Shown one piece after another: positions 27,152-41,243 of a stretch of 64,000 nucleotides of DNA. The notes under the pieces are model-generated. The model was not told the DNA's origin and searched no databases. It saw only the letters and a list, made by a program, of their open reading frames with translations. The first letter of the stretch is position 1. The number at the start of each line of letters is the position of its first letter. Origin of the DNA: Octopus sinensis (lineage: Eukaryota). The DNA lies in contig NC_043008.1 of the NCBI RefSeq assembly GCF_006345805.1, positions 35,588,001 through 35,652,000 on the forward strand, written 5' to 3'. The position numbers and the translations under genes were made by a program.

Positions 27152-27368
27152 CGAGAGAATGCTGAAAAGTTGCTGGCTTCAAGGGTGTTGCGAAAGGTCT
27201 GGCTGGAAGCCCAAACTTTCGAGTTCTTTTACTGGGCTTAGAAAACCTGAAGGACAGCTGCAATAAGTATGTGAATCTGAAAGGGGAATAAGTTGAATGA
27301 AATCTTGATTGACTGATCCTCCTGCATTTTCTTTTACCCAGAACCAGGAACTTTTCAGCAGCCCCTCG
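27152..27368. mobile_element. Mariner-derived MITE (about 217 bp)
   Basis: Inverted ends CGAGAGAATGCTGAAAAGTTGCTGG and reverse complement CGAGGGGCTGCTGAAAAGTTCCTGG, TA at 27369-70. Internal remnant CNKYVNLKGE of a mariner C-terminus. Confidence 0.7.
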
Positions 27369-27689
27369 TACATATAATTCCTCTCACAGCTAGTCTTTCT
27401 TATTTTCACACGCACATTAACATATGCGTATGTTTGTATATTTCAATCCATAACTGTATATACAAAGCTACGTACAAATGAGCAAACAGATAGGAAGGAA
27501 GGAAGCAAGGAAGGAAGGAAGGAAGGAAGGTAGGTAGGTACGCACGTACATACATACATGCATACATATATACATACGTTAGTCAAGCTTTTATTTATGT
27601 ATGAATATGTGAATAGATGTTTACATGCATATATTCACGTGCATCTATCTACACACACTTGTAAATATGTGCCTGATCATGTGTCTAAG

Positions 27690-27724
<35 letters not shown>

Positions 27725-28227
27725 GTGCCTGTGTACGAGTTGTGTGTTTGAATAGCTTTGTGTGTGTATGTATGTGTGTGAGTGTATTTATTTACACAGA
27801 TGTGTGTGCGTTTATTCGTCTGAATCTCCTATATTTGTGCATCCATGCTTTAGTTCTTTACCGTGTGACATTGTATATGTTTGTTCGTATATGCAATATA
27901 TGTACGTATACATGTACATATGCATGCGTGTATGTATGCATGTATGTGCACGAGTGAATATAATTGTGTGTGTCTGTGTGTAGTGAGTTGCTAGTCACGA
28001 CGAATGAACTTCAAAGTGTCAAAAAAAAAAGATGATAATGAAAATTGGTTTTACTGATTCACATTGATGTAGAATCGAATGTCTCTAAAACCAAGTTTCT
28101 ATCATTGGCATTTGTCTATATGTGTGTGTGTGTACACTCGGGTGGGTGTGTGCACACTCGGGTGGGTGTGTGTGTGTGCGCGCACTTATGCATTTCTATG
28201 TTTCTTTTTTGTGAAACAACTGACCAC

Positions 28228-28990
28228 ATACATACATATATACATATATGCATATATAAATACAAATAAGCGTATGCACACATACAAACACGCATACATA
28301 AATACATACTCACATACTCGCTTACATACATACATATATACACACATACATGCATACATACATACTCACATACATGCATACATACATGCATGCATACACA
28401 CGTACATACATACTCACATGCATACATACATACATACATACACACATACATACATACATACATTCATACATACATACATACATACATGCATACATACACA
28501 CACATACATACACACATACATGCATGCATACATACATGCATACACACGTACATACATACTCACATGCACACATACATACATACATACACACATACATACA
28601 TACATACATACATTCATACATACATACATACATACATACATACACACACATACATACACACATACATGCATGCATACATACATGCATACATACACACATA
28701 CATACATACACATACATACATACAACACATACATACATACATACTCACATGCACACATACATACATACACACATACATACATACACACACATACATACAT
28801 ACATAATACATACATACATACATACATGCATACATACATACATACATACATACATACATACACACACATACATACACACATACATGCATGCATACATACA
28901 TGCATGCATACACACGTACATACATACTCACATGCATACATACATACATACACACAGACGCATACGCACATACGTATATACATACATATA
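28228..28990. repeat. (CATA)n/(CA)n array with higher-order units
   Basis: catacatactcacatgca recurs near 28406, 28550, 28736 and 28918. Confidence 0.92.
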
Positions 28991-29299
28991 CATATTCCTG
29001 CACAATTGCACACACTGCTTATTGGGAATATAATAATCTACACCACATACATGTACACACGCCTCTTTGCGAAATACAGTATCATTTATACGTCCACATG
29101 TTTACATAATATTGTCGTGTGTGTGTGTGTGAGTGTATGTGTGTGTGTGTATATATATATACATGCAGACATATTTATATATGTATGTATATGCACATAC
29201 TTGTATATGCATATGAATACACACACGCACACACATGCACACATATGTCTTTATATACACACGCGTTAGCGCATAGATGCAAAACAAGATGGAAGAAAT

Positions 29300-31400
29300 A
29301 GTACTCGAATACCGAAGAAGATCTTCTCTGAAAACCTGTTATTACGCAGTGCATCATTATAATAGGAGAAGGCATCGTTAAAGGCTGCCTTGTCCGAAGT
29401 CAATGAGGAAATGCGCTTTCCTGTATTAGCATGTTTTTGAGAATACAAGGTGGGTGATTAGACTCTTTCTTAATGTAGACTAGACTTTCATAAACTTACG
29501 AAAGGTTTACAATTATTTGATCCTAAATCTGAGTTAATATCTAAAAAGTTTACGCTACTAAGGTTTGTGTCAGCTGTGATTTTTAAACCCATTCCTTAGA
29601 AGAATATAAGATTCTTCCTAAGGCCGTCGAGTTCAGGGCCATTCACGTTACGAGTGACTATAAGGCCATCATCCTTGTATTGACCTGTTTTTAAGAAAGG
29701 GAATTTTAAATGTAAATTATGCAATATATATATATATATATATATATTGCATAATTTACATTGCAGAATAATGTTGATATCAGAGTTGCTAATGTGTATA
29801 TATTCCTTAGCAACATCTAGTGCCCCAAGAAGAAAAGATATTTTTATAGACGGGTAAAAGTCCACGATATTAAACAGAGTGAACTTACAGTTGTGCTAAT
29901 CATTAATATTTTTTAAATCAGTCTACGACAGACTAACAGTTATCCTAAGGAGCTAATTCAATACCACCACTCATTTTACGGGAGGTGTTCATTAAGATTT
30001 CCTCTGAACCACTTCCCAAGGACTGAGATAAATAAAAACTTGACACAATTATTAGTCCTTTTCTACACAGCCACCACCAATAGTGACACACTTCTCACAT
30101 CGCTTTATGCAACTGTGAAGATCTCGTCAGTAGAAGTCGGTAGGTTGCGTCTGGAACCAAGACTTTACCTCATCATCATAAGAAAAGTGCTTCTCCTTCA
30201 AAAAAGACTTCATGATAGAAAAGTGGTGGAATTCAGATGGTGCTAAGTCAGGAGAGAAAGGATAATGAGGAAGGATTTCATAGACGCAGGAGTTTGCTTT
30301 CATCTGGACAACATGCCCATTGCGAACTGGGGCGTTGTCTTGGAGAAGGCGGACTCCTTTGGTCAGCAGGCCTCGTTTCTCTGCTTTGATGGCGTCCCGC
30401 AATTTCTGCAGCAGAGAAGCATAATATCCCTTGTTAACTGTAGTACCCTTCGCCGGAAAATCCATCATCACTACTCCGCGCTGGTCCCAAAAGACTGTGA
30501 GCATCACCTTGCCTGATGAGAGTTGGACACGAACCTTGTTTGGAGGTGGTGAATTATCATGCTTCCATTGCTTCGACTGGACTTTAGTCTCAGGATCACA
30601 GTGCTGGACCCATGTTTCATCCTGTGTGATAAGTCTGCCGAAAAAGTCCTCCTCACTTTCTTGGCACATTGCCAAAAGAACCTGGGAGCAATTGACTCGT
30701 TCCTGCTTCTGAAAGGGTGTGAGCATCCGGAGAATCCATTTCGCAGACAACTTACGCATGTGCAAATAATCGTGAATTATTTTTTCCATGGACTCTACAC
30801 TTATCTTCACTTCTTGGGCTAGTTGTCGAATAGTTATGTCGCGATCCTCTAAAATGGCGGTTTCCACTTTGTGGATGGTGTCGCCATCAATGGAGGAATG
30901 TGGTCTAGGAATAGGAGCAGTTTCCGCCGATGTCCGACCACATTTGAACTGGCGATGACAGTGCTTGACTACGTTGTATGATGGTGCATTGTCACCATAA
31001 ACTTCTTTCATCTCATCGAAAGTCTCTTTTGGTGTACAACGTTTCAAATATAAGAACCTGATCACTGATCTGCATTCAACTGCCTCCGTTATAGCACCTT
31101 AGTCCACTTCAGCAGCCATAAAGGACAAACGAATACTAGTGGAATACTGCAATTTACAATGTGACATGTAGAGACATATGTGATTATACCAGTACAAGTT
31201 CCTTTTCTGCAATAAGGGGGTCAGGGGTCCTTTAATGAACACCACTTGTATGTAGAATGGAATCTAAAATATTTTTGCTAATTATTCCTATCTCTATTTT
31301 AGCTGGATTAATTAATCTGCATTTAAGATTTCTGCTAATATTAGATTTGTGGTCTTCACTGAGAAACAGTTTGTAAAGTGTTTTTTCGGCTTTAATGTGT
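29300..31400 (-). mobile_element. Penelope-like RT remnant interrupted by the mariner element
   Basis: Right of the mariner: EDHKSNISRNLKCRLINPAKIEIGIISKNILD. Left of it: NCKFTLFNIVDFYPSI...ALDVAKEYIHIS, QYKDDGLIV...GPELDGLRK, RISSLTSDKAAFNDAFSYYNDALR. Order is colinear with a Penelope RT. Confidence 0.78.
29979..31248 (-). mobile_element. Full-length mariner element (1270 bp) with TIRs and TA duplication; transposase with premature stops
   Basis: ORF 30127-31065: HTH region, KLSAKWILR (WVPR-like), TQDETW, LQDNAP, FSPDLAPSEF. Termini CGGGAGGTGTTCATTAA and CAAGTGGTGTTCATTAA with TA at 29977-78 and 31249-50. The frame continues past TGA as RDLHSCIKRCEKCVTIGGGCVEKD*. Confidence 0.92.
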
Positions 31401-31401
31401 A

Positions 31402-31432
<31 letters not shown>

Positions 31433-34047
31433 GTGCTTGTATGTATACATGCATACATATATTTGTGTGTGAGTGTGTACTTGTATGTATATATGCATAC
31501 ATATATATGTGTGTGTGTGCATATATACCATATATATATATATATCTATTTACATACATACATATTTATGTGTGTGTATTATGTATGTATATATATACAG
31601 GGGGTAGGAATGTGTGCGTAAATGTATACATTGCATCAATACGAAACCCTACACATCTTTAGGCATGTCTATTCATTGTATGTATTACACACACTTACGC
31701 ATTTTGTTGTTCTGTTTAGCTTTCTTTTATTTCTATTCAATTCACTATATACGGCTTCAGTAGTTTTACACCGAACTTTCTAATGATTCTTTCATTCTAC
31801 TAAAACATCAATCTATCAATACAAATCGTTATTTTATTTCCTTCTATTTCGTTTCTGAAGGATTCTTATTCTCTCACTTTATATTTTATTTTATGTTATT
31901 ATTTCCTTCAAATTTTCTTATCTAAACGTACTTGTACTTCGCCATATTTTCAAAGAACCTTATTCTAAATTGATGTTTTTATCTACATTTACTTATGAAG
32001 AATTATGTTTAAACTAGAAGTTACATATCTCCCTGTTTCCAAAAGGTTTTTCTTCCAATCACTCCAATACCTTCGACATACAACTATTTGATTTGATCAT
32101 TCAACGAGGTTTCCATTTTGTCAACTAAACGTAAACCGGAAACACAACTATTCAACGTGACTGTATTTCCGACTTATCATTTTTTTCTTCTTTAAATTGC
32201 GTTGCATGTTACTTAGCGGTGTGTGTGTTCAAGGTGTATTTTTGCTGCTGCGAATCCGTGGCTAACCAAGCTGAAGAACTACTTGTAAAGCCAAATGTGA
32301 TGATTAGACTCAGTAATTTAAATCAATTATTACCGAATCAGCTTTAATTAACCAGTCTTAAACTGAAGCTTCATATGCAATCAATACAACAAGATTAATA
32401 TAGTTAACTTCTTAAAGTAATGGTCAGAAAATTAAGATTAATCTCATTGTTTATTTCTCTTTCATTAATTAAAAGGCCACAGCTTAATCTGCCATATTTA
32501 ATGGATAAAGATGAGAGAGCTTAGAAACATTGATACAAAAGCTAATCCTTCCAGAACTGTCCGCTTCCAAATCGGTTAAGTGATTCTCAAGCCTTACGCT
32601 ACGATATAGTGGTGTGTTGCAAAGGATATATGGATACATATATATATTATATAAAATCCGTTCTGTCTGTGTGTCTTCGAGGATCTCGGGCATCCTCCAT
32701 CCAATTGCACTCAAATTTGATATGTAGATACCGACGGTATCAGGGCGTGTATAAGTCTTGAAAAAATTACAAAATCGATTCCAGGTGAGAATGCGATCGA
32801 TAAAGCCGTGGGAACGTACATTTGTACGCGCAAGTAGATCAGCTGTTGCGATCGATACTACGCGTACGCGAGAAAAATGCACATATATATATATATATAA
32901 TATATATATATATATACACACACATACATACATACATACATGTGTGTGTGTAGGTACAAAGCTAAATTTTAAAGCATATAACTGAAAGCTTTCAAAAATC
33001 CATATAAACGTTTGTGAAGGCACGTGGCCAAGTGGTTGTGCGCAAGATCGATGTTTCAATTCCTGGAACGGGCGTTGTGTTGTGTTCTGGAGCAAAAACA
33101 CTTCGTTTCCCGTTGCTCCAGCCCACCCAGCGGTAAATGAGTGATCCTGCAACGATTTCGGTCACATATACGCAATAGAAACCGGCTGACTGGCTTCATG
33201 AGTCTGGTGACTCGAGACAGTAATGTCCATGTTCATACTAATCATTGAGCATTTATCTTATTCAGAATTTTGTTACAGGCAAGTGTAGTCGATCATTTTA
33301 GGTACCATGCTTTCACTAATTATTTAAGGGGCCTATGTAGTCGTAAATAGATATACATACTCTCTCAGCCCCACTGCAAGTAACACAGCAGAACATCCAG
33401 GGTGTGACAGCTGGAGCAACGAGGAAGAAAGTCTTTAGTCTTACTCAAAAAGAGAAACCTTTTTCTCTTTGAACAAGACACTTTATATCAAGTTGCTCTA
33501 GTCTACTCGACTGTTAACGAATATCAGCCGAGGGCTGATTGCAGCTTCTTCTCTTCCTCTCTTCCTCTATCCCTCCCTCTCCCTTCCTCATATTCTGAAT
33601 GTTTCGTTGAGTTCAGAGTAAGGGGTCCAAGAGAATGCCTTTGTCCGCTCGCGACTACACAGGCATTGAAAATGATTAGCGAAAACATGGTACATGAGGC
33701 AGCTGACTGTATTTGCCTATAACAAAGACACAACGCGCTGTGTGTTGTAGGAATTGAACCCACAACTCCTAAGCACTTGGCCACGCACCATTAATGGTTT
33801 CAAATTTTGGCAGAAGACCAACAGTTTTTGAGGGTAGAAAAAATTCGATTACATCGATCTCGGTACATACTTATTTTATCAACCCCGAAAGGATGAAAGA
33901 CAAAGTCGACCACGGCGGAATTTGAACTCAACCCTTACTTGTAATAAAACAATATAAGCAATGATTTTTCTATATTCTTTAATGTTTAAAACAGTTTGTT
34001 TTTTAATCTGTCCTGGTGAACCACATAAGTAACGTTTATATATATAT

Positions 34048-36639
34048 GGGTGATTTTAACCTCCCTCATGTGAACTGGCCCACAAATACTCCGAAGTTAG
34101 GCAAGTGCTCTACATCAGATAGGGCAGCAGCAGAACTGCTCTTTAATCTGATGGATGAGTATTTCCTGACTCAGCTAGTGCTTGAACCAACGAGACAGAA
34201 TAAAACGATCTTGGATCTGGTATTGACCAATCACTCTAGCTACGTTCACAGCATTTCAGTCGAAAAAACTCTCCTCTCAGACCACGACATGGTACTCTGC
34301 AATCTTAATTCCCGACATATAAAAACCAAACCAGCCAATCCCACTCCATGGCACCCATTTGACAACATAAACTTCCACAAAGCGGACTGGGGAACAATCA
34401 GAAAGGATCTGTCTTCCATCGACTGGTCTTTTACTCTCAATTCCCCTCATATTGAGACCGCGTGGCAGCACTTTGAAACCATTGTCACCTATACATGCTC
34501 TAAACACGCTCCCAAGAAATCTACTAACACAAACAGAAACCGGCTCCCTAAAAAGAAAAAAACACTCATCAGGCGCATCAAAAGACTCAACAAAAAAATC
34601 AACCAATTAAAATATTCCCACACACAACATCCACATTCAACAACAATGAAAAGACTAGAGCTGGAAAAACTTCATCTGCAGACTAACATGAAAACCTCCA
34701 TTGAAAATCAAAGAGCTGTGGAGGAACAATGGGTAATCAAAAACATCAAACAGAACCCAAAAGTGTTCTATTCTTTTGCAAATAAGCATAGAACCACTGT
34801 CTCACCCATTGGGCCATTGATTGATGATAACGGCATTCCCCAACACGATGCTAAAGAAATGGCAGAAATACTGCAGAAACAATACTGCTCTGTCTTCAGT
34901 GTTCCCACTGATACTGATGTGAGGGAAACGAACGAAGTTGACTCCCAACACAAAATCGCAGACATAACCTTCACTGCCACCGACATCGTAGCAGCAATAA
35001 ATGAGGTCAAACATTACTCTGCTGTAGGCCCTGATAGATTTCCCGCTAGTCTCCTGAAGGAATGTAGATATCAACTTGCAGTCCCTCTGACCAACCTCTG
35101 GAGAAACTCGTTAGACGCAGGTTATATACCGAAACAGTTTCTATCCCAGTCGGTCATCCCGGTTTTCAAACAGGGAAACAGATCCCTCGCAGTCAACTAT
35201 CGCCCAATCTCACTCACCTCCCACATCATTAAAGTGTTTGAAAGAGTGTTAAGATCAAGGATAGCTGACTTCCTGGAGACCCACAAACTCCTAAATTCAA
35301 ATCAGCATGGCTTTCGCTGTGGCAGGGACTGTCTAACACAGCTCTTACACCACATTGAAGATGTACTCAAAGCCTTGGGAACAGGTTCGAACTCTGACGT
35401 CATATATCTTGACTTCAGTAAAGCGTTCGACAGGGTAGACCATAACATCCTACTCTCAAAATTGGCAAATGTTGCAATCCGTGGAAAAGTTCTACGCTGG
35501 ATTCAGTATTTCCTGGCGAATAGAACACAACATGTTGTAGTTGATGGAGTCCACTCAAACCCAGCAAAAGTCACCAGCGGTGTTCCCCAGGGAACTGTTT
35601 TGGGTCCGCTACTCTTCATAATTTACGTAAACGACCTTTCCAGTGTCGTACATCACTGCAAAGTGAAAATATTCGCTGATGACACTAAGCTCCAGCAAAT
35701 CGTCAATGAAGAAGCAGACCGAACTCATCTCCAGTCTGATCTATATGCTGTGAGTCAATGGGCAGACAGAAACAAAATGCAACTGAATGAGGGAAAATTT
35801 GAGCAGATGCATTTTGGAAGAAATTCCTCACTAAAACAACCATACTCTCTTCCTTCAGGGGAACCGCTCACAGCCTCTAACAATATCAGAGACCTGGTTG
35901 TAATTGTTGATGACGATCTCAGTTGGAGTGCACACATCAACAAGAAGGTCGATATAGCTCGTAGGATGAGTTCCTGGATCTTAAGAACTTTCCGGTCCAG
36001 AGAACAAGGTGTCATCATACCACTTTTTTCCTCCTTTGTACGGCCACACCTTGAATACTGCTGCCCACTGTGGTCTCCTCACACAAGACAAAACATCTCC
36101 AGAATTGAGTCACCCCAGAGGGCTCTCACTAAACAAATTGAAGGCATGGCTGCTCTCGATTATTGGGATCGCCTTAAAGCCTTGAAACTTTACTCCCTCC
36201 AGCGTCACCGTGAGCGGTACATCATTTGTACGATGTGGAAAATATACCGCCAACTTTGCCCAAATGACCTAAACATTAGCTTCAAGGTTCATCCAAGACT
36301 TGGACCACGGGCTATACGTCCCCTGCCAAATTCAAGATCACAACATACATGTACACTGCAACATAATTTCTTTTCCTCAACAGGCCCTGCCCTATTTAAC
36401 ATTGTCCCGAGGGAGATCAAAGAGGAAAAGGATCCCATCAACTTCAAACAGAGTCTGGATAGATTCCTTCAAAGAATACCAGATAAGCCACCCATAATTG
36501 GATACAACTCACCCAACAAGAACTCACTACTTGAACAAAACTTGACTTAAACAGGATCCGAATAATCCTATCAGGTGGTGCTATTAAGTTAGACATGGCC
36601 TGGACCAATCTCTGGTCGAAACATATCTAAGTTTATCTA

Positions 36640-36644
<5 letters not shown>
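34048..36644 (+). mobile_element. 5'-truncated CR1/L2-type (Jockey group) LINE, ORF2 (C-terminal APE plus RT), frame open 34016-36550
   Basis: APE motifs MGDFNLPHVNW, EPTRQNKTILDLVLTN, SDHDMV. RT motifs YRPISLTSHIIKVFERV, NQHGFR, YLDFSKAFDRVDH, GVPQGTVLGPLLF, FADDTK. Short 3' UTR ends in (ATCTAAGTTT)x2. N-terminal half of the APE is missing. Confidence 0.92.
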
Positions 36645-36678
<34 letters not shown>

Positions 36679-39600
36679 GACGGGCTTTTTTCAGTTTCCG
36701 TCTACCAAATCCACTCACAAGGCTTTGGTCGTTCCGTGGCTATGAGATAGACGACACTTGCCCAAGGTGCCGCGTAGTGATACTGAAACCGAAACCATGT
36801 GGTTGAGAAGCAAGCTTCTTACCACACAGCGATTCCTGCACCTACAACCAGAAAGTTCTACAAACGTCAATCTTACTTTTAAAAGAGCCTCAACAATTAC
36901 TGCTCGCTTCACTTTTCTTAACTCTGCACAATATGCGTTTGGAGCTCCTTCGAATATGCCTTGTTTCATCCGACTAATTCCAGTCCCGACAGCGAAAACT
37001 CCGCTGTTGATCCATCCCGCAAACCAACCGGTCTCGACGGTGTCTTTTCCATTCCGCTCAAACAGGTGATGAATTGGCAGAGTCGTCAGAGCATCAAGCA
37101 AAATGTATGGCGATATTTGTTCTGACTCATTGCGTTGTTTTCAGATCCGCCGAAATTAACTTTGCCTTTCATCCTTTCGAGGCCAATGAAATAGTTAGAT
37201 TGTTAGAACGGAGGATGGCGATGCGTTACGTTGTTCAGTTCTTTGAATTGTCAGTTATTAGGAAGAGAGCAAATTTAGTCTGTCGCTTGGTTTAATACCA
37301 TTGGCTAGTCCTTGAGTTTACTTTATTGCAAGAATTCAGCCCAGTTCTTTGAGGATTTCCTCCCGTTTCTCAACTAGTCTTGGAAGCCCTGGAAAAATAA
37401 TAGATCAAGGACACTACCCTTCCTTCTCCTGAATAAACAAAAAAAAAACTATGCCTCCAAATTAACTTTTATCTGAAGGCAAAAAGTAATTCTGAGGGCT
37501 TTGTTTGAAAAGAAACCCTTGAAATTATTTTCCTATTAGAACTTCCATCGGTCTAATGAAGCGCCTTAAGGCGTGACTCTCTCTCTCTCTCTCTCTAATA
37601 AGTTTCAGGTAACTGACCAACCAGTTCTTACTTCAACATCTCAAACCTGAAGAAACGGTTTCATTTCATTCATCATCTTGAGTTGCTCACCTGTAATTTC
37701 TAATAGTTTCTTCAGTGTACCTCCGGAGCTTGGTTATATCTCTCCTGTATTCTTTCTCTGTTACATTACTCGCTGCGATTTCTAATATACACCGTCGATG
37801 CAACTTCCATACAACACCCTTCTACCTTCCTTAACCAAAGGCCTAGTGCTAGACTTTTGCAGCTTCCATGAACAAAGACCTCAAAAAAATATCTTCAATG
37901 CGAATTTGGCAACCTTGTCTCCTTTAATATTCCGAAGGCACGATAATTACATAAATCAAAGAAACCGTATCACACTGCTGCCTCTATGCACACTATCCAA
38001 CTAAAACTCTTAAAATCGCTACAAATTCTAAGCCTTACAATTTATATCAATCTCTTATGACAATTTTGTAAATATAGCATTGCTAAAACTGCATCATTCA
38101 GAACCGAATTCTTTCAGAAGCCAGAAAATAAATGAAGGTCGATCTGTCAATTACAATGATGAGTAATCGATTGTTCGATCGACTGAACTACCTGTTCATT
38201 GAACTAACGCATTCAGTGGTTGACCTTTCCACAGACCTATGTACTATTAATTCTCAAGCAGAATCAGAACGGCACAGTGTAATGAAACTAATACAATATA
38301 TTCGACAGGCATCCACAGAGTTTCACTCACAATTCTTAAGTTAAACCCAAGGTTACAGATATGCTCCTCAAGCAGCTACGCGGTAAGATCGAACACGTAA
38401 CTTCGTGATTGAGAGGCGAACTTCTTAACTATTCGACCATACTGCGTCCATAGAGCCAGAAAATACCTTAGTCCCTACTAATTATTGACCTTTTACAATG
38501 ACCCATGTTAATGCTCACAAATCTGAAACTGTACTGAAGTTACAGGTACAAACAACCAAGAGACCAAACCTGAAACAAAGACATTCTTCCTCTATTTCAC
38601 CGACACACTTTTTCTTCTCTCTGTCAATTCCACCTCTACTACAACCGCCTTTCCTCGTCTCAACTATCCACCTTCCATATTTTTCCATCCAATTTCACAC
38701 TATATACCAGTCTCTCCACCTTCGTCACCCCGACTATCTTTCAACCCTCAGAACTCGCAATAAACAGTTTGTACAATTCACTCTTCTTAGAGTTGGGATC
38801 CACGGAAATTTTTCTTTGACAATTATTTTTTCTCTGTATGGAATACATCGAAGGAACACGTTTTAACTTTTCGCTAAAATAACCATGCGAAACCCCTTGT
38901 GATTTTACTGACTGAATTATCCGCTAAAATCATCAATTATTCTTCAGCTTACAGAGAGGAACAGAACAAGCTTAAACGCAGCAGTTTGCTTATTGAATGA
39001 ATAAAAGGGGCAGCGCCGTTTGATTATTACGTCAATCAGGGCGATAATAAATCGTTCAACAAAGAATATTCAATAAATTCCATTCAAAGATGCAAGCCGC
39101 ACTGAAAAGGAACGTTTAGAAAAAGTAGTCTTAAAACTAAATAGCATTTTCAAATAGAAACATTATTTCATTCATAGACGTTATTTCTTATAGAAGAAAA
39201 CAGGAATCAAATATCAATATAGAGTATCTGTGATGTCATAAATCAATGACCCACAATTCGAAGAAAGCCAGTCCAGCCATGTAATAGGTTTCAATTGTGA
39301 CTGAGAATTGCTAGCGGACAATTGTCCATTTACATCTCAAGTATATCAGGAAATTGGAGGAATCATGCGGCACCGAATGAATAGAATAGACCGCACGCTA
39401 CTGAGATGCAACAGAGATTCTAATGCAACAAATGCAACATTTAATAATTCTCATAAACTAGCTCTGGAGATAAATCTGATTTCAAAGACAAATATCTTTA
39501 TCATATTGAGATGCCGAATAATTGTTCGCACTTAATTCCAGGAGAGCTTTCTACTTCGGAAACACAAAAATAATTTTATTAATACCTTTTCTTTTTCTTC

Positions 39601-40679
39601 TTTACTTTTCCAGTTCAATCGACGTGATATCAATCAAAGCAGAGTGAATATGTTTAAAATCTACACTATTTATTCTCTATATACTCGATACTACATTAAT
39701 TCCTGCTGTTATCTGTAAAAGTCCAGCAACAAAAGCACTGAAGTAAAGTCTACATAAAATTAATTCCATGAGTCGATTTCGATCGCCAACTCTGGCTAAA
39801 TCACTATTTTATTAACGCTTAATTAGAGGAGGGAGCACAGCCCACATAAATCTTCTTAGGGCCATCGAAACTGGTGAGTAGAATTAGCAAAGTTATCTAC
39901 AGAATGAAGACCTGGCTCAAGTGCTTGTAACAGAGTAGATTCGACTAAAAGTAAACAAAATCCAGATGGTTGGATTAAACAGAGCCATGAAGTAAGTCAT
40001 AGATACGCCACTGTGACATACAGCCTTTCTCTCCAAGTCAGAGCAGAGTAATTTCTTTCAGAAGGAAAAACGAAACAGAAATAGACTGAAAGGCTTAGAG
40101 AAAGAATCAACACCAGTATAGAACGATGTCAAAACGTATGTGCCTGATATGCATACGTGTGTTTGTGTGTACACAAACATACTTATCTTAATATAAATAT
40201 AAGAAATACCCACGGAAATTCTACAATAATTTTGAAAACTACGAGATTGTGGAAGTTTATAGAGAATCATGAAATGTACAATTTTTTTGGAAAGTATGTT
40301 TTTCGTAACATTTTATTGTTAGAATAGTGTCAATTCCGCAAAGTAGTTTTAGGAGAGAACATCTTTAAAAACTATCTGTTTTATTATACACTTGTCACCT
40401 CGTTTTTCTTGAGAGCGTTTATCAATTATTTTCATCTTTACATCATGAAGAGAATGCACTCGAGAAACAGTTACATACAATAATAAGTGACGAAATACTG
40501 ATCCACAAAGAAATAATGCAGCTTCCTCAAATGTTGGTCCAGGGATTTTATTTTTACGGGAAAAACTAAACGTATTGGAATCAGATATTTCCTAAAAACA
40601 AAAGGTAAAAATTGGTGGCATCACTTGGAAAGAGTTTCATTCATGCATTAAAAAACCTTTGATTCTAATTTATTTACTT

Positions 40680-40975
40680 ATGCGCCCTTTTCAAGCCTAG
40701 CCAGGCTCATGGACCCGGTTTCCCGGTTTCTGTGGCGTATGTGTTCCCCCCAGCTGGACGGGACGCCGGTGCATCGCAGCGTAACTCAAGAAACAGGAAG
40801 AGAGAGTGAGAGAAAGTTGGGTCAAAAGAGTACAACAGGGGTCGCCACCCCCAACCCCTGCCGGAGCCTCGTGGAGCTTTAGGTGTTTTCGTTCAAAAAA
40901 CACACACAACGCCCGGTCTGGAAATCGAAACCGCGAGTCCGCTGCCCTAACCACTGGGCCATTGCGCCTCCACTT
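40680..40975 (-). mobile_element. tRNA-derived SINE family C (CpG-rich copy)
   Basis: Minus-strand head ggaggcgcaaTGGCCCAGTGGttagggcagcggactcgcGGTTTCGATTTCC (A and B boxes); second copy at 63345-63648. Confidence 0.8.
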
Positions 40976-41161
40976 TCATTCTAATACTGAATAATAAATC
41001 AAGTCTGCTTCTCGGTGGGTATCGAGTAAGCTAGAAATAAAACACAATCTATCGATAATGATATCCTTATCGATTATCCATTTTCCTGTTTGTTATACAT
41101 ACATACATACATACATACATACATACATACATACATACATACATACATACATAATACATAC

Positions 41162-41243
<82 letters not shown>

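Noticed and set aside
37320-37800. Possible minus-strand exons (GLPRLVEKREEILKELG* plus AATAAA; ...TEETIRNYR with CAG|GTGAGC)
   Set aside because: Splice phases do not join in frame and no protein family is recognisable.
40920-40975. tRNA genes at A/B-box sequences (also 12420-12477, 33740-33790, 47511-47575)
   Set aside because: No acceptor stem or complete cloverleaf; each continues into a multicopy SINE body.
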